From assembly GCF_963921235.1 (NCBI RefSeq), contig NC_086097.1, forward strand, positions 198,960,001 to 199,024,000: a DNA stretch of 64,000 bases, in the 5' to 3' direction. This DNA is from Mobula hypostoma (taxonomy: Eukaryota). Shown here in pieces: positions 24,811-37,718 of this stretch (its first letter is position 1; each line of letters starts with the position of its first letter). The position numbers and the translations under genes were made by a program. The notes under the pieces are model-generated. The model saw nothing but the letters and a program-made list of their open reading frames with translations, had not been told where the DNA came from and did not search any database.

Positions 24811-26309
24811 TTGCAATATAAAAATATACCTTTGAAAAATAATTTGCAGAGGTGTCATTTAATACATCATTCACTGAGTCATAGAATTGTTACAATTTTG
24901 GAGGAGATCATTCATCACAACATCTCTTTGCCTGTCAGTCCCAATACCCATCTCTTCTCCTGTGGCATTGTAATATTTTTCTCTTACGTGTTGAGTGAAT
25001 TATCCGCCTATGCTTAAAAGATTTTTCATTTCAGCTACACGTCAAAACCAGTTTTAGTCAACATTTAACTTTTCATATGTGCAGGTAGATTTCTAGATAA
25101 TTTGGAGTAAATAACACTTTCTATTTTCCTGTTTATCAGAGTACAATGTCTGATGATTCCCAAGTAAATATTAGGAAAGCAGGGTTGGCAATGCATAAAA
25201 ATGATACTTAGGCTAAGAATTTCCTCAGGATAGCACTGTGACTTCCTTGGATGGCAAGTTCAAAACATATGAATGTGAATAAATGGGATTTCAATCCCAT
25301 TCACACATTTTCTGATGCATTTACAGCAGAGGAAGGTGGGATTTTTTTCTGATGAAATTCTCATTCTATTTTTACTGGTCTTAGTCACTGGGATGAGGCA
25401 ACAGGGGCCTTTTTCATTGGAGAAATAAAGACCTTCAGGAAGATAGCACTCTTTAAAAAGATGAGGTTAATAGATATAGTTCATATTACTAGTCTTTTTG
25501 AGCTAAATGGCTTAAAGGCATCAGACAGAATTTTACTGCCTACGAACTATTGATCTGGTAGAGAAGCACCACTGTCATTCATTCACAGCTCAGTTCACCT
25601 TGGATTTCTGTGTATGCACAGTCAAAGACAGAAGTCCAAAATGACTTGGAGGTCAAATATCAGTGAATTTTGCTTCACTCTTGGATATAGTTTTAGTAAT
25701 TGGAAATTTAAACAGATATTTCAAAAGCAAACTGTAATTCATCTGACTTTCTTCCCCTTTGCTATTGTACCCAGCAGTGCAATGCTAACACACCCTGGAG
25801 TGGCCAGATTGCCTTAACATCCGACACCTCAGCTTATTACCTGGGCTTGCTATCGTACATTTAGTAACACTATTCACTCCAATAGTGTTTCCAACCTTGT
25901 GGGAGAGGTCAAGTACTTAAGTTATTTTAATTTTTTCCCAGTTTTTTCTTATTTCATTCTATTTGGACTACCTTAACTGCATTTCAATAATCACAGGGAG
26001 CTGTCAAGGTTGTTAGGGTATTTTAGGACATAGGTGCAGCTGTACATCACCAACAGACCGGTTGCTCAGCCTTGGCGAACAACTCTGAGATGTGGAGGGT
26101 TGGCTCATTTGTCTCTCAACCTCAGGAAAGTTAAGTTCTGAAAGCATAGAACTATGGTCAAGCTCATGATCTCTGTCTAGTATAATGTTGTCTTGCATGG
26201 AAGTCATTCTTTTTGATCCCAAGAGTAGATAGCTAGGACATGTGTAGAAACATAGAAAATAAGAGCACAGCATGGTCACTCAGCTCCTAGGCCTGTTCAA
26301 ACATGCATG

Positions 26310-26655
26310 ATTGACCTTCCAGCATTCTTTCTCCTCCCTCTTCCTTTTTCTATTCCCCACTCTGGCCTCATACCGCTCTGTCTATCACCTCCTTCTTCTC
26401 TTTCTCCCATGGTGCACTCTCCTCCTATGAGTTCCTTTTTTGCCAGCCCTTTACCTTCCTCACCCACCTGGCTTCACCTATCACCTTCCTTACCCTCCTA
26501 CCACCTTTTTATTCTGGCATCTTCCCTCTTCATTTCCAGTTAGAAGGAAACCTGAACCATCGGCTGTTTATTAATTTCCATATATGCTACCTGACCTGCT
26601 GAGTTCCTCCAGCATTTTGTGTGTGTTGCTCAGACTTCCTGCATCTGCAGTATGT
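26310..26655 (+). mobile_element. PLE-derived pyrimidine-rich 3' terminal fragment
   Basis: Ends gacctgctgagttcctccagcattttgtgtgtgttgct...gcatctgcag like 4330-4395. Confidence 0.65.
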
Positions 26656-26689
26656 GTTTATGGTTGATTATCTATTTCTGTACGCTGCA

Positions 26690-27420
26690 TCTTCATATTA
26701 CTTGATCCCTTTAGCATTAAGTGAATATATCTACCTCCTTCTTGAATGCACTCAATGACTTGGCCTCCAATACATTATGTGGTTGAGAATTCCACATATT
26801 CACACTGCCCATGTGTACAAATTTCTCCTCATCTCATTTCTCAATGGCATTCCTTATAATCTAAGATTGAAACCCCTATTTCTAGACTCTCCAGCTATTA
26901 TGAACATCCTCTCTGTATTGATTCTGCAAAAATGTTACAGGTTTTATAGGTTTCTATAAGATTCACTATTAATATTCTATACTCTGGTAAATATAAGCTT
27001 CACCAGCCTAAGCTCTCCTTATACATTAATCCTGCCAGTCCAAGAATTAGTCTAGTAAACACACAATACATTCTGTCCATTGTAAGAACATCCTTTCTCA
27101 GATAAGAAGTCACAAAATTGAAAACAAAAACTATAGAAAAGGCACACGAAGGTCCTGTACAGCTGCAGCAAGATAATCTTGCTCCTGTACTCATATCCTC
27201 TTCCAGTGAAGGCCAAAATACCCTTTGTCTTCCTAATTAGTTGCTGCACGTGAGTGTTGTTTTCAGTGTAGGGTGTACAAGGGTATCCAAGTCCTGTTTC
27301 AGCTTGCTTTTAACCAGTCTACCTTCACTCAGGTAATAAAGACTCTGTTTACAGAACCAAAATGGTTTGCTTTTTGTTTCTCCAAATTAGTTTGTGCCTG
27401 CATGTATTCTCCCACTCATC
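26690..27420 (-). mobile_element. Degraded CR1 3' fragment
   Basis: KGILAFTGRGYEYRSKIILLQLYRT and FTRLILGLAGLMYKESLG remnants. Confidence 0.7.
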
Positions 27421-29724
27421 CAACTTGTCCAAATCATCTCTCTGGACCCTCCTCACAACTCACCTCCCTCCCATTAACCAGCCCCCCACCCACCCCCCAT
27501 CTGCCACAAGCTTTCCGTCTTCCAAAGCAGGCCAGTTAGGTTTCCATGAGAGCAAAAAACTTGAGTTGTAGAATATTGAATGGATGGAAATTCACTAGTA
27601 ATTGTAGTCTCCTGGAAATTTGCTTGATTGGATTTGTGGGTCAAAGAGCAGTTTGCCATTATTCTCTTCCCGAACTCTCCTAGTGTTTTGTCCTCATCTT
27701 TTTAGTTTGCCTCTCCTGAGAGAGCATGTAGTTTTGAGATTGTGAGCTGCATTGAGAAGTTTGTTTTTGCCTTCTCCTTGCTGTATCTGTGGAAGAGACT
27801 TTGCATTCTTGCTTCTTCTGGCCTTCAGTGGAGAAGGGGCTGCGCCAAACTGCAGAAATCCTTAAATTCATATTTCAGGACCAAATTGCACATATACCAA
27901 TGGATAAAAATTTGTGATAGATGTTTGCACTCAGAACAGAATAATGATTGGAAGGAATGGTTTTCATCTGTTGAAGAACTTGTACACTCATTGAAGCAAA
28001 TTGACAGTAATACTTCAAGAACTTAGATATAAAAACAGGATCAGCTATCAACACTTTTCTGTAAGGAAAACAATTATAAAAAAAGAGGTAACACTACACA
28101 TTATTGAAAAAGTAATAGCTTTATCTTCCATTCCAATATTATGTATGACAAGGAAACATCACACTAGGGAATGGATGTAGTTATCTCCAAAATAAAAATC
28201 AGGTTCTCTTGGAGGCAATTCATTTGATACGTGGAATTCAGATTTAATCCTGAGTTTGGTCCTGAAAGTTCTTTCCTCTCCTTAGAAAGGTTCTGATGCA
28301 GTTTGAGGGTGGTGTAAAGCCAAATAACTGAGATAGAAAATGTGGAGTATGCAAAAATTTGTCAGGATTAAGTTCAAAAAGCAGTTAACTTCATTGGAGA
28401 ATTAAACTGTCTTTTAAACTAGAGGTGATGCAAATGGTGTAAGGAAATGTAGGTCAAAATAATGGTGCATAATTATGAAAGAGTTGGCCTTGAGCCTTTT
28501 ACAATAACAATGCTCTAATTATAAGTGGTTCAAACTCTGGGAAATATGGTGTCCAGTGATGGTTCTCTACCTTTGTCAGTATCGAATTTAATTTGATGAT
28601 TACTAAAAGTACTTTATATCTGACAGAAAGTCAATTAAAACGTTGTTCCCACTCGTTGGTTATTACTGTTCATGAGGATATTTAGTCAACTATCCTTGTA
28701 TCCCTTGGTACTGATGGTACAAAACTAAATACAAATGCAAAATGGTATGGATTCAGAAAATCTAAAAACAGAAAATGTTGGCAATGCATAACGAGGTTAG
28801 AGAGCACCATCTGTCGAGAGAAAATATAAGTTTGCCACTCTCCAGAAGTGCTGTTTGTTGTAGCTTCTCCCCTATGATCCTCAATCCTCTACATGCACAC
28901 TGCTTGTCCAGAAGAGGACAGCCTACCCCAGTGATCCTCTGCATTCGAAAATCCAGCAACTGGAGTAGTGCGGTCAGGAGGTACTACCTCGATTAAACAG
29001 TGATGGCATTTGTTACACTGAGAATCTAGAGATGGGGTTTGCCATTGTAAAAGCCGTGGGTGTTATCAATAAAATTTAAATATCTCTATAATTTGGAGAC
29101 ATTAGAATACTCTTAAAATTGATACAAATAATTGAAAAATATTAAAATTAACCATTTGTAACAGGACTGTAAAATGTTGAGAAAAAGCATCCAAAAACAC
29201 ATACGGTATATATTTTATACCACTAAAGTAAGAAGTAAGGATAAAGTAACCTTCTATTTTCAAATCTTGTGTTTTACAACCCCCATTGAAATCTAAAGCG
29301 TATTGTATGCTCTACTAGATCTAACATGACATGTTCTGAGTTGTGATTCCCTGAGAGGGAGATGTTCTGTAGTTCCAACTGTGCTGATTGGAAATGCCAT
29401 CAATAGCTAAGATAAAATGGCCCACTGTTCCAGGTTGAACAGTCATTGACTGAATCAGTAATCCCATTTCTTTCTACACAGAGACCACCCGACCTGCTCA
29501 CTGTTTCTAACATTTCCTGTTTTGTAATACAGAAACAAATATAATAGCCAAATGTTGGAATTACATCGCTGCTAATATTTACTATTTGCTTGAAGGTTGG
29601 AGAATAAATGGACTATAACAGCATTTAAAACTGCATGATGTCCAGTGGTTTTATATTGAAAACAATATTGATAATTTATGGAGCTAAAGCTTTCTAAAAT
29701 AGCAGAAAAAAATGTAATACGTAC

Positions 29725-29926
29725 TATATTTATTATAGCACCAAGAAAGTTTATCATAATGGAGGCAAATATGATGACATTCCTTGCAAAATTGTTTTCG
29801 TTGATCCAGCAGCATGATTTTCGAAGAACTAATGGCAGACATTTATAATCCTCTGCAGTAGTAATTAATACCAGTGCAGCATGCAACATGATCAAAATGG
29901 TAAACTGGATCACCATTGGCATCATT
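29725..29926 (-). CDS. ADCY8: ADCY8 exon (~exon 10; transmembrane helices), 202 bp
   Basis: (R)[67 protein letters not shown]; acceptor ctccatag|A, donor ATA|gtacgt; phase matches previous exon. Confidence 0.95.
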
Positions 29927-30719
29927 CTATGGAGAAAACATAATACAATTACTTTGTTTAACTGCATGCATGTAAACTATCACTCCACATAATCTTACTT
30001 TTGTTACACGAATAATTGATCCAGAATGCTGCCTCATGAGTTGTTGGTCTGGCCTGATAATATGGCATGATGTGTTATACTTTTCACTGTAGAAATAGAA
30101 GAAAAATAGTGGGCTTGCCTTTCACACTTTCACTGGGTAGGAGCATGGTATCTTTATTCTCAGTTAACTGAATTGATATTATGCATAGCCTAGGTGCTTG
30201 CTTACTTCCTTCAATGGAACACATGTAGTTTGAAAATTGGAATACTCTGTTACACAATTTATAGACAATAAAGGAAAATGCTTTCAAAAGTATTTGAATA
30301 TACATTCTGGCATCATAATACTTTGCGCAGCTGTGTCCTCCACATCCTTCTGTTTACAACTCACTATTTACAATTCCTGTTGCTTGTATCAGAATGGCAA
30401 ATTTACTAGCCTCCTGCCAGAAATGCTAACCAGAAACTTTGCACATTGCACTAAAATTGGTATGTTTTTGTTTCAATAGTGTTCTTTCTTGTAAAACTAG
30501 TGTTTATACTTAATTTATGTTTTTTGTGAATGTTGTTTATATGATTCTACGTGCCAGTGATGCTGTTGCAATTATGTTTTTTCATTGCACCTGTGTATAC
30601 ATGCATTTGTGTATATAACAATAAATTCAACTTCAATTTTGACGTAAAGCAGAAAATAAGCAGTTCTGATGAAAAATCATTGATACGAAATATTAGGCCT
30701 GTTTCTCTCTCCATAAATG

Positions 30720-32250
30720 TGTAAACGGCTGTAAAATTTTCCCTGTGTTATGATGATTTCACTAGGGGAAGCTGTTTGGGAACATTTGACTCCAATCACT
30801 GAATTATTTTCCTTTTGACCTCAGCCTTGTCAAAGCTCTGCTTCCCTCTACAATGTGGAATTCTACTTTTATGTTGCTCCTTTTGATGTCTCTTGTAAAA
30901 TTAAGGCTTTGATGACAATTCAGCTGAAATGCTGCCAGATCATAGCTGAAGAGGAACAGCTTGACAAACTGACTAAGTCGCCCTGGTGTACATATATTAC
31001 AGTAGGACCAACCCACTTTATCTAACTACTTCTCAGTCAGTCTACTCTCAATCATTAGCAAAGTGATGGAGGATATCATTAACAATACTGTCAAGCACAC
31101 TTATTCAACAATGACCTGCACAAAGAAACCTGGTTTGAGTTTTGCCAGAACCACTTGTCTCGAGACCTCATCAAGATCCAAAGGTAGATCAGAGTTGAAT
31201 TCTGGAGGTGTGGTGAGAATGGCTAGCCTGGAGTTCAAGGCAGCATTTGACTAAATGTAGCAATGACCAGGTCATACTGATGCCAATGAGTATCAAGAGT
31301 GAACATTTTAATGGCTGATGACAGACTTTGTAGAAAGAAAAGTGGTTGTGTTTTTAAGACTTTTATCATTCCAGCCACAGGACATCATGGAGCACTGTCC
31401 TAAACCCAATTATTTTAGCTGTTTCACCAGTGTCCTTCCATTAATCATAAGGTTTGAAGTGGGGATATTCACAGATAATTTTATTCTTAACTTCTCAGCA
31501 AATCACGCAAAACTGTCCTGCATACAGGAAGACTAGACAACATCAAGGCAAATGCTGATAAATGACAACTAATATATGTTCTACAGACAGTGCCACATTA
31601 TGATTATCTCCAACAAGAGAGAGTCTAACCACCTACCCTCATATTCAATTGTATTACCATTTTCAAATTTCTCACTATCAATGTCAGGGGTTTCCACTAA
31701 TCTGAAACTAAACGGGACCAGCAACTCACAACAGTAGCTACAAGAGGAGGTCATAGACATGGTATCACGTGGTGAGTGCTTCACCCAAAACCTTTCCAAT
31801 GTTGTCAAATGAAAGCCAGGAGCATCATGGGATACTTTACTTGCCTGAAAGAGTGCAGCATCAACATCTTTCAAGAAATTCAATACCATTCAGGAAAAGG
31901 AACAGCCTGCTCTACTGCCAGTCCACAAACCAGCCCAAACATTCATTCACTGTGGTGCACAGTTGCTTTAGTGTTCAGCTTCTATAAAATGCACTGCTGG
32001 CATTTGTCCTGTGTATTGGAGAGCACTTCCCAAACAGATCACTTCTAAAAAGGAAAAGGCCGGTGGATGCATGGGACCATCACCAACTTCAGATTCCCTT
32101 CTCCAGCCTTAATCCTCATTGGATCTGAACACCAGAACCTTACCCTCAACTGTAGAAGTTCAAGGGTATGGCTCACCATCATCTCTCAAGGACAAATAGG
32201 AATGGGTACGAAATACTGACCTTGTCAGCAATGTCCACATATTGAAAACA
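30720..32250 (+). mobile_element. Ancient CR1/L2-group LINE remnant
   Basis: RMASLEFKAAFD (decayed LDxxxAFD), IFTDN (decayed FADD), MKARSIMGYF...STAS remnants; many stops. Confidence 0.55.
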
Positions 32251-32294
32251 AATTGAGTAATAAAATTATTTGTTCGGTAATAAAATTATTTACC

Positions 32295-35160
32295 TTAGAG
32301 AGCTAAAGGTAAAGGAACCCTTAGAAGTCAGTGATCATAAAATATGATAGAATTCACCCTACAGTTTGAAACGGAGAAGCTAAAGTCTGATGTATCAGTA
32401 TTACAGTGGAGTAAAGGGAATTGCAGAGGCATGAGAGAGGAGTGGGCTGAAGTTGATTGGAAGGGGACACTAGCAGGGATGATGGCAGGATAGCAACGCC
32501 TGGAGTTTCTGGTAGTAATTTGAAAGGTTTAGGATAGATACATCCCAAAGATGAAGTAGTACAGTAGATTCTGATTAATTGGGTCATCAGTTAATCAGGT
32601 CAGCCACTTATTTGAGACAACTTATAAAGAATGAAAACTAATTGAGAAAATAGCCAGGATTCCCCTCGTTTATTTGGGACACTATACTGCTTAAATGGGG
32701 CAGGAGACTGTTGTCAAACAGTTTCTAACTAGTGTCAGGTGTGCTTTTGTGTGATCATCACTCTACACCATGCTTAGAGTGAGCAGTTTTTAAATACCAT
32801 CAATTGTATGTGCTTGTGTTAAAAAAAAGCAGCAATTTTTATCAGTGACAGTTGGCAAGAAATAAACAGTAAGACAATTCAGAACTGTTTTGTTTACTGT
32901 GGTTACAAGCATTAAGACTTGTAGATGCCAGACATGGTAGGAAGTGAAAAAGAAATGATTTCACTACTTCAACAAGTTTGGAACTATGACAAATTCAAAG
33001 GTATCAATAAGCATCTTGATTGTTACAAAAACATAAAGATTTGGAGGATGCAGTTGTCAATAGCGTTGTCTGAAGGCAGTCCATTGTCTACACTAGGTGC
33101 TTGCATTGATTTTGTTCATTTACAGTCAATTAAAAGAGCATGACAGTGCACACTGGATGAACTATTAGGAACTAATACAGTTTTATAGAACTGTAGTAGT
33201 ATTGATAGTGTTCTAATTTGTTCTGTATTTCATTTAAATATATAATTTGTTTAATTATTTCCATGAAACTTCGGCTAATTGAGGCAGCTGCTTAACTGGG
33301 CCAAAATGTACTGCTCCTGAATATGTCCTAATTAACCAGAATCCATTGTATTCTAAAGGGAGGATGAGACAACCATGGCTGGCAAGGGAAGTCAAAGACA
33401 GCATAAAGGTAAAAAGAGAGGGCATATAATATAGCAAAAATAGTGGATAGTTAGAGGATAGGGAAGCTTTTAAAAACCAACAGAAGGCTACTAAAAAAGC
33501 CATTAGGAGGGAAAAGATGAAATATGAAGTTAAGATAGCCAATAATATAAAAGGAGAAACCATCAGGTTTTTCAGATATATACTGAGGTGAGAGGTGAAT
33601 ACTGGATTGCTAAAATTTATGCTGGAGAGGTAGTAGTGGGAAACAAAGAAATTGCACACGAACTGAATAAGAATTTTTGTCAGTCTTGACTGTGGGAAAC
33701 ACAGTATGCCAGAAATTTGTGAGTGTCGGGGTCAGAAGTGAGTGTAGTTGCTATTACTAAGGACAAGGAGCTTGCTAAGCTGAAAGGTCTGAATGCAATT
33801 AATTCACCGGCACCAGATGGACTACACCCCTTGTCTTTGAAAGAGGTAGTTGAAGAGATTGTGGAGGCAGTAGTAATGATCATTCAAGAATTATTAGAGT
33901 CCGGAAAATTGAAAATGTCATGCCACTTTTCAAGAAGCCGGTGGGGGGCAGAAGAAAGGAAATTATAGGCCAGTTAGCCTGACCTCAGTGGTTGGGAAGA
34001 TATTGGAGTCCATTATTAAAGATGAGGTCTCAGGGTACTTGGAGGAACAGGATAACATGGCCTGAAGTCAGCATAGTTTCGTTAAGGGGAATTTTGTCTG
34101 ACAAATCTGTTGGAATTCTTTGAAGAAATAACAAGCAGGATAGACAAAGGAGAGTCAGTGAATGTTGTTTGCTTAGATTTTCAGACGGCATTTGACAATG
34201 AGCCGCACAAGAGGCTGCTTAAGCAGATGAGAGCCCATAGTATTACAGGAAAGATACTAGCATGGATAAAAGATTGGCTGACTGACAAGAGGCAACCGGT
34301 GGGAATAAAGGAGGCTCTCGCTGGTTAGCTACCTGTGACTATTGGTGTTCTGCAGTTTTTGGTGTGTCGTGTTGGGAACAATTATTGTCATGTTATATGT
34401 CAATGGTTTGGATGATAGGATTGATGGTTTTGTTGTGGACAGTATAAAGATAGGTGGAGGTGCAAGTAGTGTTAAGGAATCTGCAGAAAGACTTAGACAG
34501 ATTCAAAGAAGGGGCAAAGAAATATTAGATGGAATATACTATAGGAAAGTGTATAGTCAAGCACTTTGTTAGAAGGAATAAAAGCATAGGCTATTTTCTA
34601 AATGGGGGAGAAAATTCAAAAATCTGACGTGCATGCTCAGTCAGTTGTAAGGGAGACAAATGCAATGTTAACATTTATTTGGAGAGGACTAGAATATAAG
34701 AACCGAGGCTTTATAAAGCATCGATCAGACGACATTTGGAGTATTGTGGGCTGCTTTGGGATGTGTTAGCTTTGGAGTTGGTCCAGAGGAGATTAATGAG
34801 AATGATTCCAGGAATGAAAGGACTAACGTTTGAGGAGAGTTTGACAATTCTGGGCCTGTACTTACTGGAGTTTAGAAGAATGGGGCGGGGGGGCGGGGGT
34901 CTCATTGAAACCTATTGAATATTCAAAGGCCTAGATAGAGGTAGATGTGGAAAGGATTACCACAGTCAGCTATGGAGGCCAAGCATTGGGTGTATTTAAA
35001 GCAGAGGTTGATAGGTTTTTGGTTGGTCAGGGCATCATAGTTTATGGGGATAAGGCAGGAGAGTGGGATTGAGAGGGATAACAAATCAGCCATGATGGAA
35101 TAGCAGAACAGACCTGATGGGTTGATTGGCCTATTTCTGCTCCTATGTCTTATGGTCTTA
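32295..35160 (+). mobile_element. Degraded CR1 ORF2 with nested MITE
   Basis: SPAPDGLHP, EFFEEITSRIDKG, LDFQTAFD, LELVQRRLMRMIPG; 3' UTR ending tcttatggtctt. Confidence 0.85.
32562..33348. mobile_element. Tc1/mariner (Tigger/pogo-like) non-autonomous DNA transposon, 787 bp
   Basis: TA duplications at 32560-61 and 33349-50; imperfect 22-bp TIR CAGTAGATTCTGATTAATTGGG vs CAATGGATTCTGGTTAATTAGG; host CR1 rejoins across it. Confidence 0.85.
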
Positions 35161-35874
35161 AAACAAAAACTACCATGATATTTCCAGTTTGTTTGGTTTA
35201 GAGTGCAATCAGTTTCTTTTTAAAGCCACATGAAATGAACAAATTTGAGACATGAGTGCTACTGTAATCTTAATGTATGAACATTTCAATCTTGTAATGT
35301 AGGTTCAAATGCTGGGATGAACTACAGTTGAGGAAGTGAAGACTTGGCAATGCCTCGTTCAATTACTTCACTAGTTAGTCACCAGCATTCTTGACAGGAT
35401 TTGACAAGGCTTCAGAGATCTGTTCAGAGATTATTCTATTTGAATACCTACCAGATCTAGTCCAACATAACAGCATGTAGATCTATTTATAGTGCAATGT
35501 CAATATTATTTAACATTTCTCAAACACTTGTAAATGTATTAAGTTGACAGCACATTATAAGAAATCTATGTTATTAGTTCAATTCCTCTACACATTCATT
35601 GTTATCAAAATGTTTCACTTTGACAGTTCCTTTTGTCTCTAGATCACTTTCTCCTTCTCTACTGAAATACTGTTTGTTTGTGCTTGTTTCCATTTTCCTA
35701 ATGCAAAATCTGGTTTAAATAAATTTGCTCTGCACAATGTGCAAGTAAGTGAATAACAAATCTTGCTTCCAGATGTCATTTTGCCTAACATGAAACATTC
35801 AATATCATAGTACAAAATATGGTTAAAAATACACAATCGATCTTTCAAGTACAAGGGCAATTTTTAATACTTAC

Positions 35875-35975
35875 CTTGATATAGGCAGTAAACTTTGTAT
35901 TGCTGTGATAAATATTAGAACAATAAAAGCACACACCAGGTTTGACTTGAAAACTTCATCTCGCATCTGTGAATA
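35875..35975 (-). CDS. ADCY8: ADCY8 exon (~exon 9; start of M2 membrane cassette), 101 bp
   Basis: Not in the ORF track; read by hand as [33 protein letters not shown](R); acceptor tttctacag|TAT, donor AAG|gtaagt. Confidence 0.95.
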
Positions 35976-36472
35976 CTGTAGAAAGAAGCACAAACAACAA
36001 CAGGTCAGATTCCCATGAATCTCACAGCGCTTTGCAGTGATTATCTGCTCTATGGGAGATCTGGGAAATTAGCAAGATCTTGCCTATCAGGATGGCCAGT
36101 GCCAATTCAAAGAAAATCTATTGAGTTTCTAATGGTATTATTGGTGCTACTTACTTTACAGAGAGTGCTTTCAAATTTTAAAAGTTCAATACTTAACCAA
36201 ATCAATGGATGAACTATAAAAATATAATGTTTTGATTAACAACCTTTTCTTTAAATGAGTTTTCCTTTCATAGTTTAACTATGTCTCTATTCATTTTATT
36301 AGCCAGTATAAAGCTTCATCACGGGAAAGGTATATAATAATATAAGTCGTTACTCTTAAAATTTCAAAAATTGTAATTGCATTGTTTTCTGTTAAAGGTT
36401 TTATATCTTTGGCATCATTTACTGCGTCCTTTTTGCTAATGCTGCCAAAATGTGTATTTGTGGCCCAGCTAC

Positions 36473-36670
36473 CTTTTCCTCCAGGCTGGAGTCTTTAAAC
36501 ATCAGTGAGAAAGGCTTGATATGCTCTCTTCTTAATTTATCCCCACTCCTTAAGTCGATGGTATGTTCTATTCGCTTGTTAATTTCCTCAGGCCCAGACT
36601 GGACATGCAAAGCTTGTGCAAGGTGGTTTGGAAGCAGGTTTATTGAATTTCTTGTAAGGGCAGCCAAAGT
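36473..36670 (-). CDS. ADCY8: ADCY8 exon (~exon 8; C1b), 198 bp, phase 0-0
   Basis: [66 protein letters not shown]; acceptor ttccctag|ACT, donor AAG|gtagct; in frame with previous exon. Confidence 0.96.
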
Positions 36671-37718
36671 CTAGGGAAAGCACATGCAAAGAGAATAAAC
36701 CCCTCTAGACCTCTGTTCAATTGCATTAGAGTGAATAGTTAAAGGACATGTGACAAGGTGGAGATTATACGTTGTTGAATCAAGAAAAATACCATTTTCT
36801 TTTATTCTTTTTACTTTCAGCTCTATCTACACGCATCGCATACTTAATATTTTAACATAATAACTACAAAAGCACATCTGCCATTTATCCACTAAACCAC
36901 AAATACCATGCAATAAATCATAGTGAATCCAGTAGGTTATTTTAATTTTCCAGGGCCATAGAATTATTCCAATTTCAAAACTTAACTTAGATAAACTCCA
37001 ATTCTCCTTTCTTCTCTATCCTAAGCAGTATGAACTAGAGATTATAATAGATAAAATTAGCAGCAAATGCTTTGCTTCGAGGGAAAGAGATATTCCTTTG
37101 CCTCTTATCAACACAAAGGAAATATTTTAATTTATTAGATTGACGCTGCCTCTGAAGTCTTAGCCAGAGGAAAATTATACATGTACTTTAAGAGCTTGAT
37201 GCTAATTTTGTGTAACAATTTTAATAATACATTAACTTTGATTTTGTAATCTTGTTTTCCAAATTTATTATCAGAAATATAGATAAATACTTTTTGGTGA
37301 ACATTAGTAGTAGTACAATTAATTGTTTATTTAAAATGGATAATAATCCATCATAACTCAATTGTTTATCAGTTAAATGTTAAGTGGGAAGGTGGTGTGA
37401 TATCACTAAACAAAACAAAATTAAAAAAGAGGAAAATTCCTGTATCTTTTATTTAAATTATAGTTTGATACAAATCAAATTTGAGTATAGATCTATCAGA
37501 CTGATGGAACCTTTATAGATTAGTAGCAAAAACAGTAAACATTGAAATATATCCAGGTAAACCATCATTAGAATAATCATTACCAGTTTGTAGCACATAT
37601 TTAGTTTTTTTAAATATATGCATTAAAATTGAGCTTTGGGACAAAATAGACAGCAAAAAAATCATCAGTATATTCTACACTACCTTTATGTTCTCCAGTT
37701 AAAATCATTTACTCTTCT

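Noticed and set aside
30661..30720. CTGATGA...GAAAT hammerhead-like motif (similar decayed cores at 8331-8366 and 8435-8465)
   Set aside because: Stems and cleavage triplet are degenerate; treated as dead PLE-tail remnants.
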